Shown: positions 47,896 through 59,021 of the stretch, piece after piece | Position numbering within the stretch: the first letter of the stretch is position 1 | Layout of the letters: each line of letters begins with the position of its first letter | Virus record (IMG/VR): IMGVR_UViG_3300020049_015491 | DNA length: 64,000 bases | DNA from: an uncultured virus (IMG/VR IMGVR_UViG_3300020049_015491) | Taxonomy: Duplodnaviria; Heunggongvirae; Uroviricota; Caudoviricetes | Reading direction: 5' to 3' (one strand) | The notes under the pieces: generated by a model | Seen by the model: only the letters and a program-made list of their open reading frames with translations | What the model was told of the DNA's origin: nothing | Databases searched by the model: none | Translations under genes and position numbers: made by a program

Positions 47896-50800
47896 TTAAG
47901 CACCTCCATAGGCGGTAATAAGAGCCTTAACATCGGTTACGGTAAAGCTCCACGATCCGGAAATTGTTGGCACTGCACTTGCTTTGGCATTGGCTGCCAG
48001 GGCGGTGTTATTCTTGAGGGTTGCATATGCGAACATGATGTGATCTGGGTTCAGTGCGTTTTCTCCACCGATGGCGGTTATGAATTTTTGGGCCTGGGTT
48101 TGGGTGGTGGTGTCAGTGTATAGGGTTACTGATTTTCTGGCAATGCTACCGGAATACACTTGCACTGGAATGGTATATGACTTGTACCCTGATTTCTTGA
48201 TTGTCACCGTGTGAACGCCGGCCTCGACATCAATGATGACATCGGTTAAACCGATCTTCTCACCGTTCTCCCAGACCTCTGCACTGATGCCGGCAGCATC
48301 GATGAAAATGCCTGTCTGACCAGTGGTTTTAGAATAGCTCGATCCACTGCTCTTTTTGCTACTCGATCCACTGGATTTACTACTGCTGGATTTACTGGAT
48401 GATCCGCTACCCTTCCAAGTTTGAATCCAGTTTTCCGGATTGGCCAGGAAGCCAGCCAAATCAGTTCCGCCCGTATTCACCCAGGCTGCATATTTCCCAG
48501 TGTCGATGGTGTATTCGGAGCCATCTGCTTCGGTTCTCTTCTGGTCGATATCATATTGGCCGGTTGCAGGGTTGAGAAGTTTAGATGACTTGACCACTTC
48601 CTCGGTATGTGGATATCCGGTATCATCCACCCATGTAGCCTTTCCGCCGACTACGGATAATTTGAACTTGGATGGATCGTTTTGCTTGGCATTGAACGCT
48701 GCAGCATCTGCAGGATTCAAATATTGCTCTACCCTAGCATTTTCGTTGATCAACCCTTCAGCCTTGTACTGGTTGAGCTTGGCCGCTACGGCAGCCGGAT
48801 CTCCACCAACGGATTGGATGTCTGCCTTGACTGCTTTGTTGATAGCTTCATCCGGGAACAGAGACTGTATTTCTGCAGATGTCATATCCGGATAAACGCT
48901 TTTTAATTTAGCAATATCGAGAGCACCATCTGGATTAACGAAAATGGACCGCCAGGCTTGGGCGTCCGTGGGTTGGGTGCCTCCGAAGGTGGCATATCTG
49001 GCCAGAGCTTCAGCTTTAGTTGGAGCTACGGCGAGGGCTGCCTGTTGATCGGGGGTTAATGTTCCAATGGGAGCAGTTCCCCTGGTGCTCGGAACGCCTA
49101 TTGGTGTAACCGAGCCATCCGGATTTAGCTGGCCTACCACTGATGCTGGATTGGTTATGGCGCTGCCTAAGACGGTCGTCCCATCGGCCAGGATATATGT
49201 GGTGGCTGGATCTAATGCGGCTGTTGGAGATGTTGTTCCTGAACTAGCTAAGGCTGCAACGTAAGCTTGCTGAGCGAGTTCTGATTTCGCCCCTCCTTTG
49301 ACCAGCATGTCATATGCATTTGTGAATTCTTTCGTGAGCGTTTCTTTTGCTCCCATGTTTCCGGCTGCAATCATGTGGCCCATGCCTACTTGGACTGCTT
49401 GAGCTGGGTCAGTAATGCCCAGGCCCTGGGCGATGAGATTGTTGGGACCTACTGTGCCATCTGGTTGCATGTCATAAATGCGTCTGACCAAATCTCCATC
49501 CAGGAAACCAATTGTATCTGGATGGGCAGCCCAGTAGGCGGGTCTTTCTGATTCTGGTCGAAGGCTACCGTAGCAACCTGGGCCGAATTCACATCCAGTG
49601 CCTGGAACCCACAGACCTCCGTTGATGCCTTTTTGGAGCTTATCTTTTAGGATACTTGGCATTGCTTCATCGTTATACCACTTGAAACCAGCAGCAGCAG
49701 GGAACAATACGCTTGCAAAAGGCACGTTCTCCATGATCCAGTCGAGGGGGCCTAGGATTTCTTCAACCCTTTCCATTGCTGGAATACCTTGGCTATCCAT
49801 GAATTCCATGTACTGATCGAGTGGAGTATTCCATCCAGTCATCTGGATAATTGTCTGAACACCCTCTTCTGCAGCGAAGTAGACAAACATGAGACCGTTA
49901 GCTATGACCCAGGCTTTGAATGTTCCTTTTAGCAAGCTTTTACCGGCGGATAGAGGGCTGGATGCTGCATTTTTAAGGAATCCGCCTGCTCCTGTAACGG
50001 TTCCACGAATCAGCTTCTGAAACGTGCTAAGTCCAAGAGTGTCACGAATCTCTGCCAGACGATTTATATCTTCAGCAGTATATGATCTCTTGGTATAGAG
50101 CGTGTCTACGAATTCTTTATTTTTCTTGCTCATCTTGGCATATTCGGGTGAAGCTCGAATATCCGATAAAATGTTATCCTGCGCTGCTTTTTGGAATTGT
50201 GCCGCCACATCTGGATTGATATCATAAACCTTGGCAAATGTTTCTTCTGCAAACGTTTCGTCTCGCAATGCTGTTTTAACATCCTGATCAGACAACAGTT
50301 TTTTGAGTTCCCCAGCCTTGTCAGCCATGGGCGAATCAAGCACGGAATTAACTTTTACCCTACCTAGATCTGCACCTACTGAAACTCCGCTATAAGCATT
50401 GGAGTTATCCAGAATCCTGGTGAGCTGCTGATAGTCATTAGGGGATAGCTGGTTGAGTTTGGCTTTGGCAATCAGCTCTTGATCGGATTTGGTCATTTTC
50501 GACAGGGTGGTTGGATCGATTCTCTGAGCTGCCCCCTGGTAGTGGTAGTTCATGAGTTTCTGAGCATATGTTCGATCACTACCCAGGGCCTCGCTCACCT
50601 GAGAGGCCATTGCTTCGGCCTCCTCCCTGGAGGTGTTTCGTAAGACTTCTTTGAGGGAATCGCTCTTGGCCAGGGCCTCGTCTACTGCCTCTTTGCCTTC
50701 TCGAACAGATGTGCTCTGCAGGGTATTCATAAGGTCATCGTAAGAGGTTCGGCCATCTACGAGTTGGGAGCCCCTGGTGGTAGCAGCTCTCTGAGCTTCC

Positions 50801-51204
50801 CAGGATTCTTGAGCCAAACGCTTTACGCGACTGGTTGCAGCGCTGGCCTGTGCTTTTACGCCGTCGAGCTGTGCTTTAATTGCAGCCTTCTCGCTTTTGG
50901 GTGCTGCGGCCAACTTTTCGCCCAGTTCCGCTATTTTGCTACCGAGTTGAGAAGCTGTATCTTCGGCAGCTATTCTTTCTGCTTGTTTAGCGGCTGCTAA
51001 TTTTACAGATTCTTGTAGCTCGGATGCTATTGCGGCTGGGGAGTCGATTACTGTTGGAATTCTGGCAGTTTCGCCTACACCGGAGGGGCTAAATGGTACT
51101 TTTAAGGATGAGAGTAACCTCTCATCCCTGGCTATTGAGGAAGATACATTGTCAATACATGCATCCGCCATGCATTTAGTGCTTGGCATTTTAGAATCCT
51201 CCAT
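47896..51204 (-). CDS. Large putative virion/membrane protein with C-terminal PEGA-like domain
   Basis: Coiled N-terminus, hydrophobic segment, S/K linker, IGLT...VEAGVHTVTIKKSGYKSY. Confidence 0.7.
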   Translation of the reverse strand: MEDSKMPSTKCMADACIDNVSSSIARDERLLSSLKVPFSPSGVGETARIPTVIDSPAAIASELQESVKLAAAKQAERIAAEDTASQLGSKIAELGEKLAAAPKSEKAAIKAQLDGVKAQASAATSRVKRLAQESWEAQRAATTRGSQLVDGRTSYDDLMNTLQSTSVREGKEAVDEALAKSDSLKEVLRNTSREEAEAMASQVSEALGSDRTYAQKLMNYHYQGAAQRIDPTTLSKMTKSDQELIAKAKLNQLSPNDYQQLTRILDNSNAYSGVSVGADLGRVKVNSVLDSPMADKAGELKKLLSDQDVKTALRDETFAEETFAKVYDINPDVAAQFQKAAQDNILSDIRASPEYAKMSKKNKEFVDTLYTKRSYTAEDINRLAEIRDTLGLSTFQKLIRGTVTGAGGFLKNAASSPLSAGKSLLKGTFKAWVIANGLMFVYFAAEEGVQTIIQMTGWNTPLDQYMEFMDSQGIPAMERVEEILGPLDWIMENVPFASVLFPAAAGFKWYNDEAMPSILKDKLQKGINGGLWVPGTGCEFGPGCYGSLRPESERPAYWAAHPDTIGFLDGDLVRRIYDMQPDGTVGPNNLIAQGLGITDPAQAVQVGMGHMIAAGNMGAKETLTKEFTNAYDMLVKGGAKSELAQQAYVAALASSGTTSPTAALDPATTYILADGTTVLGSAITNPASVVGQLNPDGSVTPIGVPSTRGTAPIGTLTPDQQAALAVAPTKAEALARYATFGGTQPTDAQAWRSIFVNPDGALDIAKLKSVYPDMTSAEIQSLFPDEAINKAVKADIQSVGGDPAAVAAKLNQYKAEGLINENARVEQYLNPADAAAFNAKQNDPSKFKLSVVGGKATWVDDTGYPHTEEVVKSSKLLNPATGQYDIDQKRTEADGSEYTIDTGKYAAWVNTGGTDLAGFLANPENWIQTWKGSGSSSKSSSSKSSGSSSKKSSGSSYSKTTGQTGIFIDAAGISAEVWENGEKIGLTDVIIDVEAGVHTVTIKKSGYKSYTIPVQVYSGSIARKSVTLYTDTTTQTQAQKFITAIGGENALNPDHIMFAYATLKNNTALAANAKASAVPTISGSWSFTVTDVKALITAYGGA

Positions 51205-54200
51205 TTATTTCTTCTTGAGTTAGTTCACGAATGATATATGGTAAATCGGTTTTAGCGATTTCCTTTCCTCGCATAGTGTTTCCGCTCTTAGTCATGTAAT
51301 ACCCCTCTGGGTTTATTTGGTTCGTGCTAATTGAACCAGCACTTGCAGATCTTGTTTGCGTGGTAGTAGCTTTTGGTTGTTTGGAATAATAGATTTGTAT
51401 TGCTTCTTTTTCGGTGTACTCTTGATATTTGCCATCACTTGTTTTATAGCTCGATAAATCTTCTGCTGTTAAATCTGATCCTCGTTTTGGATACGCATTT
51501 GGCACATTTGACTTTCTGTAGTAAAATGCGTTCGGGTCTATCGTATCTACAAGTTTTCCTCCTGGTTTGGGTGTCACATTGGCAGGACCGTTATCAGTTG
51601 AGCCAAATAATCTATTTGCAGCGATGGTTGCTGCAGATGCTACTACTGCCGGAGCAGCAACTTTTGCGAAGTCACTCAGGGGCTCAAGGGTTAAGGTTGC
51701 AGCTCTGGAGGCAGCCGTCGATGCTGCACCACCTGCAGCAGCTACCCCACCAGAAACAGCGCATTCAATGGGTGCTACATCGTTGAATCTCTTATCGAAT
51801 GCTTTCTGGATGTTTTTCACATCGTCTATGATGTTCTGCTTCTGGGCTATTCCCTTTTTAACCAGGTCGGAGTATTCTGAAGCTGATATCTCTCCAGCGC
51901 GGTAACTATCACCGGCCTTAGCAAGGTTTTCATCGATAACCTTGAACTCATCATTCGCGTTTCTGATGAACTTTCTATCTTTAATTTCGGCCTCGATGAG
52001 AGAACGTTGCCTGGGTGTAAGATCGAGGTTATCCAGGTTGGTTTTCTCGATATCGTCCATGTTATTGGCTACTGCAGACCTGAAATCCCGGTCTTCTATA
52101 TCCTTAAAGGTGTTTTTCCACTCACGCTCAAGATCTGCATTTCCAACTATTTTTTCGGTCACTTTTTCGACTTCGGAAACAGGGGTTACTTCTGCAGATC
52201 TGATATCGGTAACGATATCTGACCTAGTTTCGTCAAGATATTTTGTCAGGTATGGGAGATCGGCATCGCTGAGATTACGAATCTCGACTGCATTATCTGC
52301 TACGAATGCTCGGTATTCTGCAGCCGACATAGCCTGCAAATCCTTCCCGGTCTTTCCGGCAACAGATACTGGTGCCTGCTCAACTACATCTACGTATTTT
52401 CCGACTTGGAATGATTTAGCTTTATCGGCTTCACGGATACTGGTCCATTTGACACCGCTGGGAGATATTAAGTCAATAGCTACGTATTCCTTGGTCATAT
52501 CTTTTCCAAGGCCACCAGATGCAGTTACTCCAGCCCATTCACTTTCGCCCATACTCATGGCATCGACACGGTTAACTGCTACGATTTGGCTGCCATCAGC
52601 ATCTGCGGGTATCCTCATATGAGATGGGACATTGGTTGGCTTTTCCCAGAAATACATGTCTAGTGGAGACCTTACGGCTTCCAGAGCTTCATCTGCATTC
52701 GTAACCAGATCATTTTTACGAATGAAACTGTATTTGCCATCTGCAGATCGAACCACCCAGCCATCCTCATTCTTGAAGGTATGAGAGAATGCCGACCACC
52801 CATCGTCCGTACCTGTAACCATGCCTACTTCTGCGTTTTTCAGGTATGCAGATTCCATGCTAATTTGGGTGGGGTTACGAGTGACGGTTACTAACTGGTC
52901 GGCATACTTGTTTTTACCGAGAGCCAGCTCTGCTACCCCATAATCGGCGTTTTCGACTTTCCACCAGTCAGGCATATCGTTTAGCAGCTTACTGGATGAC
53001 CGGATGGCCTCGATAGACCTATCCCAGAGTTGGGATGTTTGGAGAGTCCAGGTACTTTTAACCCCGTTGAATTTATTAAGCAGGTTAGATATTTGGCTGG
53101 GCTCACCTGCGTAATATCCAATCTCGGCCCTGATTATGTCTTGGGTCTCGGCTGGAGCATTTTTGAAGTCATCCGTGGCAAAGAACTTGGCCATGTTCTC
53201 TTCTGCTTTCACTTGATGGACTACGATCTCTTTCTCAGGTGCAAGACCAGACGACTTGATTTCGGCATCAGACATGTTTGCGATTGCGTCTTTGTTGGAT
53301 CGCATTAGATTTTCGAAATCAGTCTGGTACATCAGGTTCACGGAGGTCTCTCCTCCGGTAGCTGCGTCAAATGCTACCTGTCCTTCTGCAGACATCTGAG
53401 AGCGTAGATATTGAGCCCTAGCGATCTCTTTTTCGGTTAAAGATTCACCGTTCTTGGCTTTTGCCAGTATCTGTAGGTCAGATTCAGATCCAGACACCAG
53501 TTTATTGAAATCATCGGTTTGGGTGAATGCTGTCCAGGCATCTGCAGTTCCTGCAGCTCCACCAGCTCGGGAGGCTACGGCTTCTGTTGCCATCTCATAC
53601 GACTGCTGGAGATTTGGAACATAGGACGAATAGCTCTCTGCCGGCTGAGAATAGGTGGAAAGCTGGGTGGGTGTAGCTGCAGCAGTCGCAGCCGCGTTTT
53701 TAGAAGCTAGGTATGCTGCATATTCTTCTGGAGTCTGCTTTGCATTCGTAAAGGGGTTCAGGATTGTGAAGGTCCCATCGGAATTGCGGAAATAGTAGTA
53801 GCCATCTGGATTCCAAATCGGGGTTTCAGCAGATCCTTTTAGCGTGGTATATGCTTCTTTATTTAGCCAGATACCAGTATCAGTATCGAGATATTCTACT
53901 TTATCTCCCAGAGTCCTGGTTCGGGCATTGCCTACTGAAGCATCTACGCTATATACATAGGCGGGATTATTGGCTGCAATAGCTGCTCTTTCTGCGTCAA
54001 GGTCTGCTTTAGACACCCAACCACCGGCAGAATCTTGGTAAAGGGTATCCAACGCCTTGGTTTCTGAGTTCCAAGTCTGTTTCTTGTAGGTGTTGGTTTC
54101 GCTATCGTATTTGGATCTTCTGGCTTCGATTCTTTCCGTAGCTACCTTTTCGTAATCGGTAGTTGAGTAGATAGTTCCGGTCTCAGGATCTTTCACTTCC

Positions 54201-57200
54201 CAGGTTTTACCACCATCTAAGCTCCTGATCTCAGCGCCCCAGTCGGAATTCGCAGTCCATTTGGAGACATCTTCTGTAGTTCCAGTTCCATATGATGGGG
54301 TATATCCATCTCCACCCCCACCTCCGGATGAGTAACTTCCACTTCCACCACCGCTTCCGCCGGCATCTTCAGCATTGAGGTTGGCATTGATCTCAGCTAG
54401 CTCATCTTCCATCTGTTTTTGCATGTCTTCAACATTTTTGATGGTTTCGTCATAGAGCCCGCTGCCTGGCGTATTTTCAGCTATCTTAGCCATGTCGGCC
54501 AGGGATGTTCCAGGTGCTATTGTTATACCGGCTGCGGCGGCGTCCTCATAGGCTTGCAGAGCTTGGCTAATGGTATCATAGCTCTTTGCATCTTCTGCAG
54601 CTACTCTTACTGTTTTGATTGCTCCGTCAGCATTTGTGTAGGTGACATGGAATTTACTACCATCAGCGGAATCAAGCCGGGTAATGACAGCTTTTCCTGT
54701 TTCATCTACATCCTGCACAGCCAGTATGCCTCTTTCTGCTGGGTTGTAATCATCTGCGACTGTCAGATAGTTATCTTTGCCGTACTTTACATATTTCGTT
54801 CCTGTTGGTCCTTTATAGACCCCGTTTCCTAAATCGGTCAACTGTCCTAGATCAGCACTGGTGAGCGCTTTATACGGCGTGATTCCTTCGGCAGCTTTTG
54901 TAGCCTCTGCAATCATTTCTGGAGTTAACACGGTGGGGGTTGGCCCCTTTGCTATATCTTCAGCAGTTCCAGTCTTTTTGAAATAATCAGCGGCTGCAGC
55001 TAAATCAGATGATGTAGCTTTAACTTCATTTGCTGGGGTTGCTTTGAAGGTTATGGTTTTGGTTGCAGTTGCTGGAGTCTTTTTGGCGGAACCGAGAGCT
55101 TCTGAGAGCTTACTGAAATCGACAGTAGTTGTAGATGCTTTTACCCCAGATATAACTTCTGTGGGGGCTTTGACGGGGGCTGAAACTACTTCTTTTGCAG
55201 TAGATTTTATGGTAGCCGGCGTAATTTCAGTAGCTTTAACGGTGTTTCCTACTACCTCAACTTCTGTTTTACTACCATCAACACCAGCAATGGTGAACAG
55301 TTTTCCGGTAGTGTCTCCCTCTTTTACAACTAATTTTCCTAACACCTCACCATTTCTCATAGCCGTGATGCCACCATCACCCAACTTGGTGAAAGTTAGA
55401 ACTGCTTTAGATTCAGCTACTCCTTTTCCAACTCCCGTAACTACCAATGGGGCTTTTCCAACGGTTAGTATTGGTAATAAAAGAGCGTTTACTGCGGGAT
55501 ATGGCGTGATTGGGTCGATACCTACCTCACGAACCAATTGGCCGAGCTGATTTTTCTCATATTCTTCCATGTCGGCAAAGTTTGTGCTGGATGCAGTGCC
55601 GGCTATGTTTTCTCTGCCGGCCCATTCAAGAGAGCTTTTCAGAATGTCGCCAGGAGCAGTTTTATCGTTTTTCTTTTCTGAGTTGCTCATTTCGTTGGTA
55701 AATTCAGCAAGCTCTGATTCAGTCATTGATTTAAAAACAGCATCCCAGTAGCTGTCACCCATTTTTGATTCGATGACTGGCTGAATAGCTCCATCGGACG
55801 ATGCACCTAATATCAATCGTGGATTGTTCTTGGCAATTTTTTCTAAGGTATCCTTATCTGCGTATTGCATTGTGGTAGTAAATGTCTCGTAGGCAGTTAA
55901 TCCCTGTACGGGTTTTACGTCTTTTACGGTAGCTCCAGGTTTCGACAAGTCGTTGGCTACTTCATTCAATTTCAGAAGTCCTGCCACAGTTGGCTGCAGA
56001 TCATAGCCGTTTTCATATTGCGGTTTTACCAAACCCGTATATACGGATTCACCAGTTTGAACCGCTTTAGATAGTAGGTAGTCAAGAGGATGTTCTGCTG
56101 GATTGGGTGTTGAGTCTTCTATAGCTTGTTTTTGGGCGGCTGTTCGTGGAACTTCAACAAACAATCCAGATTCGACCTTTCGTTCGCCGGGGAGTTGCAG
56201 AGCTGCTTGAACGGTTGTACCGACAAGACTACCAGTTATGTCACCAGATGTTACAGGGGTTACTGATCCCACAGATAATGTATTCATTTGATTCAGCATT
56301 CCCTGGGGAATGGCTGCAATATCTTTGTCCGATACCCCCAATGCTTGCAGCTTTTTGTAGGTCCACTCCGGAACCTGCACAGATGATTTACCGTCTTCAG
56401 TTCTAAGTCCGATGTATGGGGTAGCTTGGAATAATCCGCTATCGGAATCCAGGGTATTGGTTGGATCATCTGCGAGCATTCCAATTTTTACTTTATTGGT
56501 CTTGTCATCGTATTTTATGCCCATCTTACCGCTGTTCAGGCTGTTTGCTATTGTGAGATCCGAATATCCAGTTTCTTTCAACTGGTCATAGATGTCGGTA
56601 TCTACTTTTACAGCTACGCCTGATGATGATTTCACGCTCGTAAATCCGGCTGGTGTAAATGAAATCACCTTGTAAGATTCTGGTAGTGCGGCCTTACCTA
56701 TAGATTTTCCAAGAGTTCCTAACGTGGCAGCCAAGCTACTAAGCGTTGATTTTTCAGTTGCTGTGGAAGTGGGTGATACCATTTCCCCTGCTGGTATTGC
56801 TGATGGAATAGATGATGGTGCGGCACTGGTTGGAGCAAAGCCGGTTACAAATGGCAAATCTGATGCCAATAAATCTTTGCCCAGGTATATGTTGCCACTT
56901 TTAGTGGTATATTGTTTATTGGGGTCGATATCTTTTAACGATGTTGGTTTCTTGAAAACTGGTGTGCTGGTAGCCGTAGTCTTTTTTGAACTAGCTGATG
57001 AACCGGATGAAGTTGCTGCTGATTGGGCCAATGCCGGTTGAGAGATAGTTATCTTGTCATCGGATTTAACTACAGTTTTTTTACCAGATGAGTCAACTGA
57101 AACCATCTTATTTCTATCAGCAGCCTGTGTAGTAGACGTTTGAGAGGTTATTGCTTTTTGAACTGGAGTTTTATCTTTTATTGTAGGAGTAGATAACGGT

Positions 57201-58768
57201 TGTGGATTCGCACGGTTAGATGCATCTACTTCTGCCTGTAAATCTCGGCTGTGTCCGGTGGTTTCCGTAACCTGCTGCACTACCAGTTTCGTAGAGAGCT
57301 GGTTGATGGCGTCTTGAGCTTTGGCGGTGTTCATCGTGCCATCTGAATTGGCATACTGCTTTAATTGTTTCAATATGGTAGCATATCTTTCAGCCCAGAC
57401 CTCGGTTTTGACAGGTTCATCTCCATAAATTTCCGTGTATGCTAGTTTGGCTAACTCGTCTACTTTTGCCTTTGGATTTATGGTAAGCGTTTTGATTACA
57501 TTGGTTGGAGATGTCTTCCATCCGAGCATTGCTTTCTCACCCAGGCCAGTTTGCGCCTTTGTAGCAGCTTTTGTCATGCCAGTTGAGAATATCATCTTGA
57601 TGTCTGTCTGCTTTGCAACAGCAGTGGATGTGCTATTCTTTACAAGATTCTGAATAGCGTCAACCAGTGCGGAATGATCACCATCCAATGTTGATTCTGA
57701 TGCCTTTTTAAATTCGATCACACGATCTATGGCGGCATTGGCGGCAGTGCTAACGTCCTGCATGGCTGCTTCAGATTTAGCACTTTTAATTCCAGATGCT
57801 GCAAATTTGGCAATCGTGTTCATAGCTGATGCGAAGTCTGCGTTATTTTGTTTCTTCGCAGTGGTTGTTTTTACGGTCACAGTATCTACGGCAGCCTTTG
57901 CAATTGATGACAGGGTAGATAACTGGGGCTGCAGCAGAGCATTAAAAGATTCAATTGGTTTGGCGTTCGATATGGCTTTCTGCAGAGCCGTTTGAATCTT
58001 TTCGGTCATATCAGTTTTTTGAATCTGACTGATATTGAAATTCCATACATCGTCTGTCCTTTTTGCGACTGCTGCAGATGCTTTATTTGCAGTAGATAGG
58101 ATATCATTTACTGCATTTTGGACATCTGCTGCTAGTTTGGGTGCGATTAGAGCCGGTGAATTCAACAGGCTATTGCTGGCCGTTGGAACATTGTTCGTAG
58201 CCTGCCCGACAGTGATAGCTTTGATTGCAGATGCCAGGCTTTCGCTTACGGCAGCCTGAACACTGGGGGAGACCTGGACTGCAGTAGCTGGTTTTGGAGC
58301 TACTGTCGCAAATTCAATGGTCTTTGTTACTGGCTGAGGTTCATTGGTCGCCAGTTTGGATGCAGCGGCTACTAACGCCGCAGATGGAGTAAGAGCGGAA
58401 GGTTTGACTTCAATACTTTGAATCGCAGATGCCAGACTTTCGCTCACTGCAGATTTAGTGCTTGCTGATATAGATGGGGTAGATAAGGGTTCTGCGGTCT
58501 TAAATTCAATAGTTTTAGTTGGTACTGGTTGAGCTGTTTTTGATGATTGGGTGAGCTTTTCAGCAGCCGCTACCAGTGCTGCGGATGGTGTTGGGGTAGT
58601 AGTTGTTTTGAACGTAATGGTTTTAGTAACTACTGGGGTGGTTGCTGGGCGAGACACTGAGGACCCGGACGATGAGGACTTTGTAGACGAGCTAGATGAT
58701 GAGCTTTTAAATGTGATAGTTTTCGTGGGAGTTCTCGCCGGGGTTTTATTCAATGTAAATGATACCAT
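51191..58768 (-). CDS. Giant 2525-aa Ala/Thr/Ser-rich putative virion protein with internal repeats
   Basis: Uninterrupted ORF; repeated TKTIxF and I[DN]PxxxYxxKS modules. Confidence 0.75.
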   Translation of the reverse strand: MVSFTLNKTPARTPTKTITFKSSSSSSSTKSSSSGSSVSRPATTPVVTKTITFKTTTTPTPSAALVAAAEKLTQSSKTAQPVPTKTIEFKTAEPLSTPSISASTKSAVSESLASAIQSIEVKPSALTPSAALVAAASKLATNEPQPVTKTIEFATVAPKPATAVQVSPSVQAAVSESLASAIKAITVGQATNNVPTASNSLLNSPALIAPKLAADVQNAVNDILSTANKASAAVAKRTDDVWNFNISQIQKTDMTEKIQTALQKAISNAKPIESFNALLQPQLSTLSSIAKAAVDTVTVKTTTAKKQNNADFASAMNTIAKFAASGIKSAKSEAAMQDVSTAANAAIDRVIEFKKASESTLDGDHSALVDAIQNLVKNSTSTAVAKQTDIKMIFSTGMTKAATKAQTGLGEKAMLGWKTSPTNVIKTLTINPKAKVDELAKLAYTEIYGDEPVKTEVWAERYATILKQLKQYANSDGTMNTAKAQDAINQLSTKLVVQQVTETTGHSRDLQAEVDASNRANPQPLSTPTIKDKTPVQKAITSQTSTTQAADRNKMVSVDSSGKKTVVKSDDKITISQPALAQSAATSSGSSASSKKTTATSTPVFKKPTSLKDIDPNKQYTTKSGNIYLGKDLLASDLPFVTGFAPTSAAPSSIPSAIPAGEMVSPTSTATEKSTLSSLAATLGTLGKSIGKAALPESYKVISFTPAGFTSVKSSSGVAVKVDTDIYDQLKETGYSDLTIANSLNSGKMGIKYDDKTNKVKIGMLADDPTNTLDSDSGLFQATPYIGLRTEDGKSSVQVPEWTYKKLQALGVSDKDIAAIPQGMLNQMNTLSVGSVTPVTSGDITGSLVGTTVQAALQLPGERKVESGLFVEVPRTAAQKQAIEDSTPNPAEHPLDYLLSKAVQTGESVYTGLVKPQYENGYDLQPTVAGLLKLNEVANDLSKPGATVKDVKPVQGLTAYETFTTTMQYADKDTLEKIAKNNPRLILGASSDGAIQPVIESKMGDSYWDAVFKSMTESELAEFTNEMSNSEKKNDKTAPGDILKSSLEWAGRENIAGTASSTNFADMEEYEKNQLGQLVREVGIDPITPYPAVNALLLPILTVGKAPLVVTGVGKGVAESKAVLTFTKLGDGGITAMRNGEVLGKLVVKEGDTTGKLFTIAGVDGSKTEVEVVGNTVKATEITPATIKSTAKEVVSAPVKAPTEVISGVKASTTTVDFSKLSEALGSAKKTPATATKTITFKATPANEVKATSSDLAAAADYFKKTGTAEDIAKGPTPTVLTPEMIAEATKAAEGITPYKALTSADLGQLTDLGNGVYKGPTGTKYVKYGKDNYLTVADDYNPAERGILAVQDVDETGKAVITRLDSADGSKFHVTYTNADGAIKTVRVAAEDAKSYDTISQALQAYEDAAAAGITIAPGTSLADMAKIAENTPGSGLYDETIKNVEDMQKQMEDELAEINANLNAEDAGGSGGGSGSYSSGGGGGDGYTPSYGTGTTEDVSKWTANSDWGAEIRSLDGGKTWEVKDPETGTIYSTTDYEKVATERIEARRSKYDSETNTYKKQTWNSETKALDTLYQDSAGGWVSKADLDAERAAIAANNPAYVYSVDASVGNARTRTLGDKVEYLDTDTGIWLNKEAYTTLKGSAETPIWNPDGYYYFRNSDGTFTILNPFTNAKQTPEEYAAYLASKNAAATAAATPTQLSTYSQPAESYSSYVPNLQQSYEMATEAVASRAGGAAGTADAWTAFTQTDDFNKLVSGSESDLQILAKAKNGESLTEKEIARAQYLRSQMSAEGQVAFDAATGGETSVNLMYQTDFENLMRSNKDAIANMSDAEIKSSGLAPEKEIVVHQVKAEENMAKFFATDDFKNAPAETQDIIRAEIGYYAGEPSQISNLLNKFNGVKSTWTLQTSQLWDRSIEAIRSSSKLLNDMPDWWKVENADYGVAELALGKNKYADQLVTVTRNPTQISMESAYLKNAEVGMVTGTDDGWSAFSHTFKNEDGWVVRSADGKYSFIRKNDLVTNADEALEAVRSPLDMYFWEKPTNVPSHMRIPADADGSQIVAVNRVDAMSMGESEWAGVTASGGLGKDMTKEYVAIDLISPSGVKWTSIREADKAKSFQVGKYVDVVEQAPVSVAGKTGKDLQAMSAAEYRAFVADNAVEIRNLSDADLPYLTKYLDETRSDIVTDIRSAEVTPVSEVEKVTEKIVGNADLEREWKNTFKDIEDRDFRSAVANNMDDIEKTNLDNLDLTPRQRSLIEAEIKDRKFIRNANDEFKVIDENLAKAGDSYRAGEISASEYSDLVKKGIAQKQNIIDDVKNIQKAFDKRFNDVAPIECAVSGGVAAAGGAASTAASRAATLTLEPLSDFAKVAAPAVVASAATIAANRLFGSTDNGPANVTPKPGGKLVDTIDPNAFYYRKSNVPNAYPKRGSDLTAEDLSSYKTSDGKYQEYTEKEAIQIYYSKQPKATTTQTRSASAGSISTNQINPEGYYMTKSGNTMRGKEIAKTDLPYIIRELTQEEINGGF

Positions 58769-59021
58769 TATTTGTTGCCTCTTTTTATTTTTTGTAGCGC
58801 TGCTTGAATGTCCCTATCTATCTGTTCCTTTGCTTTCTTTGCTCGATTCTGCAATTCTTTATCATCCATCGAAATCACTTGACCTTACTTAACCGCCCAC
58901 ATAGATATATATTCTTGCCGAAGATTCAAATACTCAGAAAACACTTGGATGCTTATGAGAATCGTAGTTAGCTGTGGACCAATCGAGAGGCTTGAAATGC
59001 CCCTTATACATGTTTTAGGAG

